Shown here: positions 1-13,680 of the stretch, one piece after another
How positions within the stretch are numbered: position 1 is the stretch's first letter
Layout: each line of letters opens with the position of its first letter
From: Nemertoderma westbladi
Lineage: Eukaryota > Animalia > Xenacoelomorpha
Reading direction: 5' to 3'
Length of the DNA stretch: 64,000 nucleotides
Assembly (NCBI GenBank): GCA_032718475.1
Contig: JAUCBJ010006760.1
Coordinates: 1 to 64,000 of the forward strand
Notes under the pieces: model-generated
What the model saw: the letters and a program-made list of their open reading frames with translations, nothing else
What the model was told of the DNA's origin: nothing
Database searches by the model: none
Translations under genes and position numbers: made by a program

Positions 1-160
1 GTTGGATTAAAACATTACAAAGCAGTCTTCGTAACCCTCCGCTAAGAACCGCACTATTCCTGTGTAAAGAACTGCAGGCGACTATTAGCTTTCATAACTT
101 TCCATGCCATGTCTTTGCCAGATAGAGACGCATTCAGCTCACAACCCAGATAATGACAGA
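1..160 (-). mobile_element. CR1-like LINE fragment (post-RT region of ORF2), continues off the left edge
   Basis: Manual minus-strand translation, with one frameshift, gives HYLGCELNASLSGKDMAWKVMKANSRLQF..HRNSAVLSGGLRRLLCNVLIQ. This resembles the YLG..L..LSG..M..N.RL.FL.R..RRLLCN.LIQ stretch of CR1-group ORF2. Confidence 0.6.
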
Positions 161-719
161 ATCTTTGGACGGTATGACTAAACCGTTACATGGTATTTGT
201 AAGTCTGGCTCCGATGATAGCCCTAATAGCACATAACGTTCACACACAGCTTTTGGACGTTGAGAACATGTCCACTGCATAAACGTCGCACATACTGTAC
301 CAGATTTCACCGTTATAAATTAGTCTCCATATAATAACGCATAAATATTGTAGGTGTTTCAACTAAAAAAGTAACGTTCATTAATGGTATGAGTTAATTT
401 TCCGTTAATGTTCTTGGACGTTTGAATGGCGTCCCAAGCATTAACCATTTCAATATGAGTTCAGATACTGAAAAGTAACGATTTGTAAATGGCAAGTTAT
501 ATTTCCGTTAGCTATTGTGAACGTTTGAATAATGTTTATTATCCAATAAAAATTAACCAGTTTAATTTCACTACAGATATTTTTAAAATTGTTGTTCAAA
601 AAATGTCCAAACTATGTTTTTCATAACCGTAGTTCAATAGCGGTTCAATACTAAGCATTGTCCGTTCAACATAATAATTATCTGAACGAGAAACTTTCCT
701 ACGCTATGGAAACCAGTGT

Positions 720-1000
720 CTGTGATGAGTCATCCAATTACAGGCAATACTGGAACTGCCCAAGTATGATGTAAAGTAGTGGTAGGACTATTGGTTCATA
801 CATAACTCAAGGAGCAAAGAATGAGTACATGCGTTGGTGACTACCAAAAAGTATGGTATCTGTTTTACTCAGATTTAAACTAAGTCTGTTGTCAGTCAAC
901 CACATACTGTAGATACTCTAGCCATGGTTGCTGTTAGAGTTCTTGAAATATCTGTTGAGTGGATCTGAGAGTTCAATAGACTAGTATCATCCGCGAACAT
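720..1000 (-). mobile_element. CR1/L2-group LINE reverse-transcriptase fragment, degenerate
   Basis: Minus strand reads MFADDTSL (catalytic xADD motif, ATG at 1000-998), then after a frameshift WLTDNRLSLNLSKTDTILFGSHQR, typical of the following CR1-group RT domain. Confidence 0.65.
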
Positions 1001-1224
1001 TGGTGGTAATTCATCTTCATTCAATGCCAGGGTGCCAGGGTGGGTTGGCGGAATCGTTGGTGGGATTGTTTCTATGGTTGGAACTTCTTCAAAGTCCTTA
1101 GTATACAGTATAGGAGGAAGAGGGGTCGGGGTAGTATGCCTCCTTGAGGCAAGCTATTATCGTCTAGATCTCTTGTTGAGGAACAAGTGCCATTTATTGA
1201 TTTATTGATACATACAAAATACTT

Positions 1225-1540
1225 TTAACAAGTTGTATCGTGATCAGCGATCTCGAAAACACACAACACACCGGGGTGAGGGTGGGGGTAATTTAAATTT
1301 TTTTTATAATTCATATGTATCTTTGAAACAGAAATATTGGGAAAACCGAGATTCCGCGACTTTTCCTACAATTTTATGGGCCATCCAACAGTGCAAACGG
1401 CGATTCAATAGCTACTGCATGTTTGTCAATAGTTATTTTTCGTCCCACCGTACAAGCACCAAAAACAATGTTTGCTCTTGCTATAAAATAATTGTTAACA
1501 AGTTGTATCGTGATCAGCGACCTCGAAAACACACAACACA
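1225..1540. repeat. 46-bp direct repeat, two copies 270 bp apart
   Basis: TTAACAAGTTGTATCGTGATCAGCGA(T/C)CTCGAAAACACACAACACA at 1225-1270 and 1495-1540, one mismatch. Confidence 0.85.
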
Positions 1541-2512
1541 TCGGAAAATAGTATCCAATATTGAAATGTGATAAATAGTTTCAAAAATTTCCCTGTTCAC
1601 TTCATGTTCCAAAATTTGAGACGGGGGGGGGGGGGGGGGGTGGAGTAGACGCAAATCCAATCTTGGCGAATTATTATCCAACGCATGTTAAATACTCAAT
1701 TTAGGGAAAGGAGCAGGTTACAATGGCACGTTATTTTAACCAAAACAATAAACTAAACAAAATAGAACAGGTTACAGATTTATTTTTGAGAGTAATCAGC
1801 TGTTATTTGCGTCGAATTTCCCCTGGAGAAAGATGGATTTTTATGGCGTCCAGTTTGCCCCCCTATCTGCAAATTGTTACCATTCGATTCGCCATATTAA
1901 AATTAAAATATGCACAATTTTCCAATAAGTGTATAACTTTTTCACCTATTATAAGAATAAAACTAAAAATGTCTAAAATGCCCTCCCCCATATATCGGGC
2001 AATACAGTATATCGTAAAATAGACAACAATTATCATTTTCAAACCTTTCGAAAAAATACTAATTACAATTAAAACAACAATTTTGGGACGTCATGGGGGG
2101 TTTTCAGTTACATCGATCATTCAGTTTCAGCCCCATCGATATCACCGAATCCGGAGTCCGTTCCGGATCCGAGTCCGTTCCGGAGTTCCGCCATGGATCT
2201 GTCGCTAGCAAAGTGGAATAAGTTTCCGTTTTTTGGATTTTGGAAAATTAATTTATTTATGTGTTAATAAAATATAAGGCTCGGACTAGGACTATATTAG
2301 ACTAAGACTTCATCTTCTACAATTAATATATGTTAAAGAAATGTTATTTCATTAATATCTTCGTTGGCTATTACCTGTATATACTACTGTATATGTAATC
2401 CTAAATAAAATAAATAAATTATATATTAATAAAATGAAACATACCGATGGCATCTACCCCGACATAAAAATTGGATGGCATATAATGACAGTGTTCCAAT
2501 GTGGAATTGTTC

Positions 2513-5500
2513 AGTGGCTTAGGCTGTGACATAGCGTTGAGTGGCTGTCGCTGTGAATTAGCGTTGCGTGTCTGTGCCGTAGCGTTCACCGTTGAGTGGC
2601 TGTGCCGTAGCATTGAGTGGCTGTGACATAGCGTTGGGTGGCTGTGACATAGCGTTGAGTGGCTGTGACCTAGCGTTGAGTGGCTGTGGCATAGTATTGA
2701 GTGGCTGTGAAATAGCATTGGGTGGCTGTGACATAGCGTTGGGTGGCTGTGGCTGTGACATACAGTAGCATGCATTGGGTGGCTGTGGCATAGCATTGGG
2801 TGGCTGTGACATAACGTTGGGTGGCTGTGACATAGCATTGAGTGGCTGTGACATGGCATTCAGTGGGTGTGACATAGCGTTGAGTGGCTGCGGCTGTGAC
2901 ATAGCATTGGGTGGCTGTGACATAGCGTTGGGTGGCTGTGACATAGCGTTGAGTGGCTGTGGCTGTGGCGTAGCGTTGAGTGTGTGTGATATAGATATGA
3001 GTGGCTGTGGCTGTGACATAGCGTTGAGTGGCTGTGGCATAGCTTTGAGTGGTTGTGACATAGCGTTGAGTGGGTGTGACATAGCGTTGAGTGGCTGTGG
3101 CTGTGACATACAGTAGCATTAGGTGGCTGTGACATAGCATTAGGTGGCTGTGGCATAGCGTTGGGTGGCTGTGAAATAGCATTGAGTGGCTGTGACATAG
3201 CATTGAGTGGGTGTGACATAGCGTTGAGTGGCTGTGGCTGTGACATAGCGTTGAGTGGCTGTGGCATAGCGTTGAGTGGCTGTGACATAGCGTTGAGTGG
3301 GTGTGACATAGCGTTGAGTGGCTGTGACTGTGAGATACAGTAGCATTGGGTGGCTGTGACATAGCATTTGGTGGCTGTGACATAGCGTTGGGTGGCTGTG
3401 AAATAGCATTGAGTGGCTGTGGCTGTGACATAGCATTGGGTGGCTGTGACATAGCGTTGGGTGGCTGTGAAATAGCATTGAGTGGGTGTGACATAGCATT
3501 GAGAGGGTGTGACATATCGTTGAGTGGCTGTGGCTGTGGCATAGCATTGGGTGGCTGTGATATAGCTTTGAGTGTGTGTGATATAACGTTGAGTGGCTGT
3601 GGGTGTGACATAACGTTGAGTGGCTGTGGGTGTGACATAACGTTGAGTGGCTGTGGCTGTGACATGCAGTAGAATTGGGTGGCTGTGACATAGTATTGGG
3701 TGGCTGTGACATAGCGTTGGGTGGCTGTGAAATAGCATTGAGTGGCTGTGACATAGCATTGATTGGGTGTGACATAGCGTTGAGTGGTTGTGGCTGTGAC
3801 ATAGCATTGGGTGGCTGTGACATAGCGTTGGGTGGCTGTGACATAGCATTGAGTGGGTGTGACATAGCGTTGAGTGGATATGACCTAGCGTTGAGTGGCT
3901 GTGGCGTAGCGTTGAGTGGCTGTGACATAGCGTTGAGTGGGTGTGACATAGCGTTGAGTGAATGTGGCTGTGACATACAGTAGCATTGAGTGGTTGTGAC
4001 ATAGCGTTGAGTGGCTGTAGCTGTGACATAGCTTTGAGTGGCTGTGGCATAGCGTTGAGTGGCTGTGACATAGCATTGAGTGGGTGTGACATAGCGTTGA
4101 GTGGCTGTGACCTAGCGTTGGGTGGCTGTGACATAGCATTGAGTGGGTGTGACATAGCGTTGAGTGGCTGAGACATTGCGTTGTGTGGCTGTGACATAGC
4201 GTTGAGTGGCTGTGACATAGCGTTGAGTGGCTGAGACATAGCGTTGAGTGGCTTTGACATAGCATTGAGTGGGTGTGACATAGCGTTGAGTGGCTGAGAC
4301 ATTGCGTTGTGTGGCTGTGACATAGCGTTGAGTGGCTGTGACATAGCGTTGAGTAGCTGTGGCTGTAACATAGCGTTGAGTGGCTGTGACATAGCGTTGG
4401 GTGGCTGTGACATAGCGTTGAGTGGCTGTCGCTGTGAATTAGCCTTGAGTGTCTGTGACGTAGCGTTCACCGTTGAGTGGCTGTGCCATAGCATTGAGTG
4501 GCTGTGACATAGCGTTGGGTGGCTGTGACATAGCGTTGGGTGGCTGTGACATAGCGTTGAGTGGCTGTGACCTAGCGTTGAGTGGCTGTGGCATAGTATT
4601 GAGTGGCTGTGAAATAGCATTGGGTGGCTGTGACATAGCGTTGGGTGGCTGTGGCTGTGACATACTGTAGCATTGGGTGGCTGTGGCATAGCATTGGGTG
4701 GCTGTGGCATAGCATTGGGTGGCTGTGACATAGCATTGAGTGGCTGTGACATAGCATTGAGTGGGTGTGACATAGCGTTGAGTGGCTGCGGCTGTGACAT
4801 AGCATTGGGTGGCTGTGACATAGCGTTGGGTGGCTGTGACATAGCGTTGAGTGGCTGTGGCGTAGCGTTGAGTGGCTGTGACATAGCGTTGAGTGGGTGT
4901 GATATAGCGTTGAGTGACTGTGGCTGTGACATAGCGTTGAGTGGCTGTGGCATAGCTTTGAGTGGTTGTGACATAGCGTTGAGTGGGTGTGACATAGCGT
5001 TGAGTGGCTGTGGCTGTGACATACAGTAGCATTAGGTGGCTGTGACATAGCATTGGGTGGCTGTGGCATAGCGTTGGGTGGCTGTGAAATAGCATTGAGT
5101 GGCTGTGACATAGCCATGAGTGGGTGTGACATAGCGTTGAGTGGATGTGGCTGTGTCATAGCGTTGAGTGGCTGTGACATAGCGTTGAGTGGGTGTGGCA
5201 TAGCGTTGAGTGGCTGTGACATAGCGTTGAGTGGGTGTGACATAGCGTTGAGTGGCTGTGGCTGTGAGATACAGTAGCATTGGGTGGCTGTGACATAGCA
5301 TTTGGTGGCTGTGACATAGCGTTGGGTGGCTGTGAAATAGCATTGAGTGGCTGTGACATAGCATTGGGTGGGTGTGACATAGCGTTGAGTGGCTGTGGCT
5401 GTGACATAGCATTGGGTGGCTGTGACATAGCGTTGGGTGGCTGTGACATAGCATTGAGTGGGTTTGACATAGCATTGAGTGGGTGCGACATATCGTTGAG

Positions 5501-8500
5501 TGGCTGTGGCTGTGACATAGCATTGGGTGGCTGTGACATAGCGTTGAGTGGCTGTGGCATAGCGTTGAGTGGCTGTGGCATAGCGTTGAGTGGGTGTGAC
5601 ATAACGTTGAGTGGCTGTGGGTGTGACATAACGTTGAGTGGCTGTGGCTGTGACATGCAGTAGAATTGGGTGGCTGTGACATAGTATTGGGTGGCTGTGA
5701 CATAGCGTTGGGTGGCTGTGAAATAGCATTGAGTGGCTGTGACATAGCATTGAGTGGGTGTGACATAGCGTTGAGTGGCTGTGGCTGTGACATAGCATTG
5801 GGTGGCTGTGACATAGCGTTGAGTGGCTGTGACATAGCGTTGAGTGGGTGTGACATAGCGTTGAGTGGCTGTGACCTAGAGTTGAGTGGCTGTGGCGTAG
5901 CGTTGAGTGGCTGTGACATAGCGTTGAGTGGGTGTGACATAGCGTTGAGTGAATGTGGCTATGACATACATTAGCATTGAGTGGTTGTGACATAGCATTG
6001 AGTTGGTGTGACATAGCGTTGAGTGGCTGTAGCTGTGACATAGCTTTGAGTGGCTGTGGCATAGTGTTGAGTGGCTGTGACATAGCATTGAGTGGGTGTG
6101 ACATAGCGTTTAGTGGCTGTGACCTAGCGTTGGGTGGCTGTGACATAGCATTGAGTGGGTGTGACATAGCGTTGAGTGGGTGTGACATGGCGTTGAGTGA
6201 ATGTGGCTATGACATACAGTAGCATTGAGTGGTTGTGACATAGCATTGAGTTGGTGTGACATAGCGTTGAGTGGGTGTGGCATAGTGTTGAGTGGCTGTG
6301 ACATAGCGTTGAGTGAATGTGGCTATGACATACAGTAGCATTGAGTGGCTGTGACATAGCATTGATTGGGTGTGACATAGCGTTGAGTGGTTGTGGCTGT
6401 GACATAGCATTGGGTGGCTGTGACATAGCGTTGGGTGGCTGTGACATAGCATTGAGTGGGTGTGACATAGCGTTGAGTGGATATGACCTAGCGTTGAGTG
6501 GCTGTGGCGTAGCGTTGAGTGGCTGTGACATAGCGTTGAGTGGGTGTGACATAGCGTTGAGTGAATGTGGCTGTGACATACAGTAGCATTGAGTGGTTGT
6601 GACATAGCGTTGAGTGGCTGTAGCTGTGACATAGCTTTGAGTGGCTGTGGCATAGCGTTGAGTGGCTGTGACATAGCATTGAGTGGGTGTGACATAGCGT
6701 TGAGTGGCTGTGACCTAGCGTTGGGTGGCTGTGACATAGCATTGAGTGGGTGTGACATAGCGTTGAGTGGCTGAGACATTGCGTTGTGTGGCTGTGACAT
6801 AGCGTTGAGTGGCTGTGACATAGCGTTGAGTGGCTGAGACATAGCGTTGAGTGGCTTTGACATAGCATTGAGTGGGTGTGACATAGCGTTGAGTGGCTGA
6901 GACATTGCGTTGTGTGGCTGTGACATAGCGTTGAGTGGCTGTGACATAGCGTTGAGTAGCTGTGTCTGTAACATAGCGTTGAGTGGCTGTGACATAGCGT
7001 TGGGTGGCTGTGACATAGCGTTGAGTGGCTGTCGCTGTGAATTAGCCTTGAGTGTCTGTGACGTAGCGTTCACCGTTGAGTGGCTGTGCCATAGCATTGA
7101 GTGGCTGTGACATAGCGTTGGGTGGCTGTGACATAGCGTTGGGTGGCTGTGACATAGCGTTGAGTGGCTGTGACCTAGCGTTGAGTGGCTGTGGCATAGT
7201 ATTGAGTGGCTGTGAAATAGCATTGGGTGGCTGTGACATAGCGTTGGGTGGCTGTGGCTGTGACATACTGTAGCATTGGGTGGCTGTGGCATAGCATTGG
7301 GTGGCTGTGGCATAGCATTGGGTGGCTGTGACATAGCATTGAGTGGCTGTGACATAGCATTGAGTGGGTGTGACATAGCGTTGAGTGGCTGCGGCTGTGA
7401 CATAGCATTGGGTGGCTGTGACATAGCGTTGGGTGGCTGTGACATAGCGTTGAGTGGCTGTGGCGTAGCGTTGAGTGGCTGTGACATAGCGTTGAGTGGG
7501 TGTGATATAGCGTTGAGTGACTGTGGCTGTGACATAGCGTTGAGTGGCTGTGGCATAGCTTTGAGTGGTTGTGACATAGCGTTGAGTGGGTGTGACATAG
7601 CGTTGAGTGGCTGTGGCTGTGACATACAGTAGCATTAGGTGGCTGTGACATAGCATTGGGTGGCTGTGGCATAGCGTTGGGTGGCTGTGAAATAGCATTG
7701 AGTGGCTGTGACATAGCCATGAGTGGGTGTGACATAGCGTTGAGTGGATGTGGCTGTGTCATAGCGTTGAGTGGCTGTGACATAGCGTTGAGTGGGTGTG
7801 GCATAGCGTTGAGTGGCTGTGACATAGCGTTGAGTGGGTGTGACATAGCGTTGAGTGGCTGTGGCTGTGAGATACAGTAGCATTGGGTGGCTGTGACATA
7901 GCATTTGGTGGCTGTGACATAGCGTTGGGTGGCTGTGAAATAGCATTGAGTGGCTGTGACATAGCATTGGGTGGGTGTGACATAGCGTTGAGTGGCTGTG
8001 GCTGTGACATAGCATTGGGTGGCTGTGACATAGCGTTGGGTGGCTGTGACATAGCATTGAGTGGGTTTGACATAGCATTGAGTGGGTGCGACATATCGTT
8101 GAGTGGCTGTGGCTGTGACATAGCATTGGGTGGCTGTGACATAGCGTTGAGTGGCTGTGGCATAGCGTTGAGTGGCTGTGGCATAGCGTTGAGTGGGTGT
8201 GACATAACGTTGAGTGGCTGTGGGTGTGACATAACGTTGAGTGGCTGTGGCTGTGACATGCAGTAGAATTGGGTGGCTGTGACATAGTATTGGGTGGCTG
8301 TGACATAGCGTTGGGTGGCTGTGAAATAGCATTGAGTGGCTGTGACATAGCATTGAGTGGGTGTGACATAGCGTTGAGTGGCTGTGGCTGTGACATAGCA
8401 TTGGGTGGCTGTGACATAGCGTTGAGTGGCTGTGACATAGCGTTGAGTGGGTGTGACATAGCGTTGAGTGGCTGTGACCTAGAGTTGAGTGGCTGTGGCG

Positions 8501-11500
8501 TAGCGTTGAGTGGCTGTGACATAGCGTTGAGTGGGTGTGACATAGCGTTGAGTGAATGTGGCTATGACATACATTAGCATTGAGTGGTTGTGACATAGCA
8601 TTGAGTTGGTGTGACATAGCGTTGAGTGGCTGTAGCTGTGACATAGCTTTGAGTGGCTGTGGCATAGTGTTGAGTGGCTGTGACATAGCATTGAGTGGGT
8701 GTGACATAGCGTTTAGTGGCTGTGACCTAGCGTTGGGTGGCTGTGACATAGCATTGAGTGGGTGTGACATAGCGTTGAGTGGGTGTGACATGGCGTTGAG
8801 TGAATGTGGCTATGACATACAGTAGCATTGAGTGGTTGTGACATAGCATTGAGTTGGTGTGACATAGCGTTGAGTGGGTGTGGCATAGTGTTGAGTGGCT
8901 GTGACATAGCGTTGAGTGAATGTGGCTATGACATACAGTAGCATTGAGTGGTTGTGACATAGCATTGAGTGGGTGTGGCATAGTGTTGAGTGGCTGTGAC
9001 ATAGCATTGAGTTGGTGTGACATAGCGTTGAGTGGCTGTAGCTGTGACATAGCTTTGAGTGGCTGTGGCATAGTGTTGAGTGGCTGTGACATAGCATTGA
9101 GTGGGTGTGACATAGCGTTTAGTGGCTGTGACCTAGCGTTGGGTGGCTGTGACATAGCATTGAGTGGGTGTGACATAGCGTTGAGTGGTTGTGACATAGC
9201 GTTGAGTGAATGTGGCTATGACATACAGTAGCATTGAGTGGTTGTGACATAGCGTTGAGTGAATGTGGCTATGACATACAGTAGCATTGAGTGGTTGTGA
9301 CATAGCATTGAGTTGGTGTGACATAGCGTTGAGTGGCTGTAGCTGTGACATAGCTTTGAGTGGCTGTGGCATAGTGTTGAGTGGCTGTGACATAGCATTG
9401 AGTGGGTGTGACATGGCGTTGAGTGGCTGTGACCTAGCGTTGGGTGGCTGTGACATAGCATTGAGTGGGTGTGACATAGCGTTGAGTGGCTGAGACATTG
9501 CGTTGTGTGGCTGTGACATAGCGTTGAGTGGCTGTGACATAGCGTTGAGTGGCTGAGACATAGCGTTGAGTGGCTGTGACATGGCATTGAGTGGGTGTGA
9601 CATGCGTTGAGTGGCTGTGGCTGTGACATACAGTAGCATTAGGTGGCTGTGACATAGCATTGGGTGGCTGTGGCATAGCGTTGGGTGGCTGTGAAATAGC
9701 ATTGAGTGGGTGTGACATAGCGTTGAGTGGCTGTGGCTGTGACATAGCGTTGAGTGGCTGTGACATAGCGTTGAGTGGCTGTGGCATAGCGTTGAGTGGC
9801 TGTGACATAGCGTTGAGTGGGTGTGACATAGTGTTGAGTGGCTGTGGCTGTGAGATACAGTAGCATTGGGTGGCTGTGACATAGCATTGGGTGGCTGTGA
9901 CATAGCGTTGGGTGGCTGTGACATAGCATTGGGTGGGTTTGACATAGCATTGAGTGGGTGTGACATATCGTTGAGTGGCTGTGGCTGTGACATAGCATTG
10001 GGTGGCTGTGACATAGCGTTGAGAGGCTGTGGCATAGCGTTGAGTGGCTGTGACATAGCGTTGAGTGGGTGTGACATAACGTTGAGTGGCTGTGGGTGTG
10101 ACATAACATTGAGTGGCTGTGGCTGTGACATGCAGTAGAATTGGGTGGCTGTGAAATAGTATTGGGTGGCTGTGACATAGCGTTGGGTGGCTGTGAAATA
10201 GCATTGAGTGGCTGTGACATAGCATTGAGTGGGTGTGACATAGCGTTGAGTGGCTGTGGCTGTGACATAGTATTGGGTGGCTGTGACATAGCGTTGGGTG
10301 GCTGTGAAATAGCATTGAGTGGCTGTGACATAGCATTGAGTGGGTGTGACATAGCGTTGAGTGGCTGTGGCTGTGACATAGCATTGGGTGGCTGTGAAAT
10401 AGCGTTGAGTGGCTGTGACATAGCGTTGAGTGGGTGTGACATAGCGTTGAGTGAATGTGGCTATGACTTACAGTAGCATTGAGTGGTTGTGACATAGCAT
10501 TGAGTTGGTGTGACATAGCGTTGAGTGGCTGTAGCTGCGACATAGCTTGAGTGGCTGTGGCATAGTGTTGAGTGGCTGTGACATAGCATTGAGTGGGTGT
10601 GACATAGCGTTGAGTGGCTGTGACCTAGCGTTGGGTGGCTGTGACATAGCATTGAGTGGGTGTGACATAGCGTTGAGTGGCTGAGACATTGCGTTGTGTG
10701 GCTGTGACATAGCGTTGAGTGGCTGTGACATAGCGTTGAGTGGCTGAGACATAGCGTTGAGTGGCTGTGACATAGCATTGAGGGAGTGTGACATAGCGTT
10801 GAGTGGCTGAGTCATTGCGTTGTGTGGCTGTGACATAGCGTTGAGCGGCTGTGACATAGCGTTAAGTATCTGTGGCTGTAACATAGCGTTGAGTGGCTGT
10901 GACATAGCGTTGGGTGGCTGTGACATAGCGTTGAGTGGCTGTCGCTGTGAATTAGCCTTGAGTGTCTGTGACGTAGCGTTCACCGTTGAGTGGCTGTGCC
11001 ATAGCTTTGAGTGGCTGTGACATAGCGTTGAGTGGCTGTGACATAGCGTTGAGTGGCTGTGACCTAGCGTTGAGTGGCTGTGGCATAGTATTGAGTGGCT
11101 GTGAAATAGCATTGGGTGGCTGTGACATAGCGTTTGGTGGCTGTGGCTGTGACATACAGTAGTATTGGGTGGCTGTGGCATAGCATTGGGTGGATGTGAC
11201 ATAACGTTGGGTGGCTGTGACATAGCATTGAGTGGCTGTGACATAGCATTGGGTGGCTGTGACATAGCGTTGGGTGGCTGTGACATAGCGTTGAGTGGCT
11301 GTGGCGTAGCGTTGAGTGGCTGTGACATAGCGTTGAGTGGGTGTGATATAGCGTTGAGTGGCTGTGGCTGTGACATAGCGTTGAGTGGCTGTGGCATAGG
11401 TTTGAGTGGTTGTGACATAGCGTTGAGTGGGTGTGACATAGCGTTGAGTGGCTGTGGCTGTGACATACAGTAGCATTAGGGGGATGTGACATAGCATTGG

Positions 11501-13680
11501 GTGGCTGTGGCATAGCGTTGGGTGGCTGTGAAATAGCATTGAGTGGCTGTGACATAGCATTGAGTGGGTGTGACATAGCGTTGAGTGGCTGTGGCTGTGA
11601 CATAGCCATGAGTGGCTGTGGCATAGCGTTGTGTGGCTGTGACATAGCGTTGAGTGGGTGTGACATAGCGTTGAGTGGCTGTGGCTGTGAGATACGGTAG
11701 CATTGGGTGGCTGTGACATAGCATTTGGTGGCTGTGACATAGCGTTGGGTGGCTGTGAAATAGCATTGAGTGGCTGTGACATAGCATTGAGTGGGTGTGA
11801 CATAGCGTTGAGTGGCTGTGGCTGTGACATAGCATTGGGTGGCTGTGACATAGCGTTGGGTGGCTGTGACATAGCATTGAGTGGGTGGAACATAGCATTG
11901 AGTGGGTGTGACATATCGTTGAGTGGCTGTGGCTGTGACATAGCATTGGGTGGCTGTGACATAGCGTTGAGTGGCTGTGGCATAGCGTTGAGTGGCTGTG
12001 ACATAGCGTTGAGTGGGTGTGACATAACGTTGAATGGCTGTGGGTGTGACATAACGTTGAGTGGCTGTGGCTGTGACATGCAGTAGAATTGGGTGGCTGT
12101 GACATAGTATTGGGTGGCTGTGACATAGCGTTGGGTGGCTGTGAAATAGCATTTAGTGGCTGTGACATAGCATTGAGTGGGTGTGACATAGCGTTGAGTG
12201 GATGTGGCTGTGACATAGCATTGGGTAGCTGTGACATAGCGTTGGGTGGCTGTGACATAGCATTGAGTGGGTGTGACATAGCGTTGAGTGGATGTGACCT
12301 AGCGTTGAGTGGCTGTGGCGTAGCGTTGAGTCGCTGTGACATAGCGTTGAGTGGGTGTGACATAGCGTTGAGTGAATGTGGCTGTGACATACAGTAGCAT
12401 TGAGTGGTTGTGACATAGCATTGAGTTGGTGTGGCATAGCGTTGAGTGGCTGTAGCTGTGACATAGCGTTGAGTGGCTGTGGCATAGCGTTGAGTGGGTG
12501 TGACATAGCGTTGAGTGGCTGTGACATAGCGTTGAGTGGGTGTGACATAGCGTTGAGTGGCTGTGGCTGTGAGATACAGTAGCATTGGGTGGCTGTGACA
12601 TAGCATTTGGTGGCTGTGACATAGCGTTGGGTGGCTGTGAAATAGCATTGAGTGGCTGTGACATAGCATTGAGTGGGTGTGACATAGCGTTGAGTGGCTG
12701 TGGCTGTGACATAGCATTGGGTGGCTGTGACATAGCGTTGGGTGGCTGTGACATAGCATTGAGTGGGTGTGACATAGCATTGAGTGGGTGTGACATATCG
12801 TTGAGTGGCTGTGGCTGTGACATAGCATTGGGTGGCTGTGACATAGCGTTGAGTGGCTGTGGCATAGCGTTGAGTGGCTGTGACATAGCGTTGAGTGGGT
12901 GTGACATAACGTTGAGTGGCTGTGGGTGTGACATAACGTTGAGTGGCTGTGGCTGTGACATGCAGTAGAATTGGGTGGCTGTGACATAGTATTGGGTGGC
13001 TGTGACATAGCGTTGGGTGGCTGTGAAATAGCATTGAGTGGCTGTGACATAGCATTGAGTGGGTGTGACATAGCGTTGAGTGGCTGTGGCTGTGACATAG
13101 CATTGGGTAGCTGTGACATAGCGTGGTGGCTGTGACATAGCATTGAGTGGGTGTGACATAGCGTTGAGTGGATGTGACCTAGCGTTGAGTGGCTGTGGCG
13201 TAGCGTTGAGTGGCTGTGACATAGCGTTGAGTGGGTGTGACATAGCGTTGAGTGAATGTGGCTGTGACATACAGTAGCATTGAGTGGTTGTGACATAGCA
13301 TTGAGTTGGTGTGACATAGCGTTGAGTGGCTGTGGCATAGCGTTGAGTGGGTGTGACATAGCGTTGAGTGGCTGAGACATTGCGTTGTGTGGCTGTGACA
13401 TAGCGTTGAGTGGCTGTGACATAGCGTTGAGTGGCTGAGAGATAGCGTTGAGTGGCTGTGACATAGCATTGAGTGGGTGTGACATAGCGTTGAGTGGCTG
13501 AGACATTGCGTTGTGTGGCTGTGACATAGCGTTGAGTGGCTGTGGCCGTGACATAGCGTTGAGTGGCTGTGACATAGCATTGGGTGGCTGTGACATAGCG
13601 TTGAGTGGCTGTGACATAGCATTGAGTGACTGTGACATAGCATTGGGTGGCTGTGACATACCGTTGGGTGGCTGTGGCTG
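2513..13680. repeat. ~11.2-kb minisatellite, 21-bp monomer GGCTGTGACATAGCGTTGAGT (about 500 copies) with +6 and +5 bp variants
   Basis: Continuous tandem array. Variants include +GGCTGT (27 bp), CATAG>CATACAGTAG, TTGAG/TTGGG and GCG/GCA. Strong G/T strand skew. It produces all the MSQPLNA / CDIALSG / LCHSHST / YVTATQR ORFs. Confidence 0.98.
3732..8950. repeat. Near-perfect 2603-bp tandem duplication inside the minisatellite
   Basis: ORF pairs are identical at offset 2603 (4439/7042, 4572/7175, 5032/7635, 6110/8713). I noticed only one substitution (4361 vs 6967 region, GGCTGTAAC vs GTCTGTAAC). Confidence 0.9.

Noticed and set aside
1623-1640. Poly-G run
   Set aside because: Simple homopolymer with no further support for function.
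2513-13680. CRISPR-like array
   Set aside because: No unique spacers, head-to-tail monomers, no cas genes, eukaryotic context.
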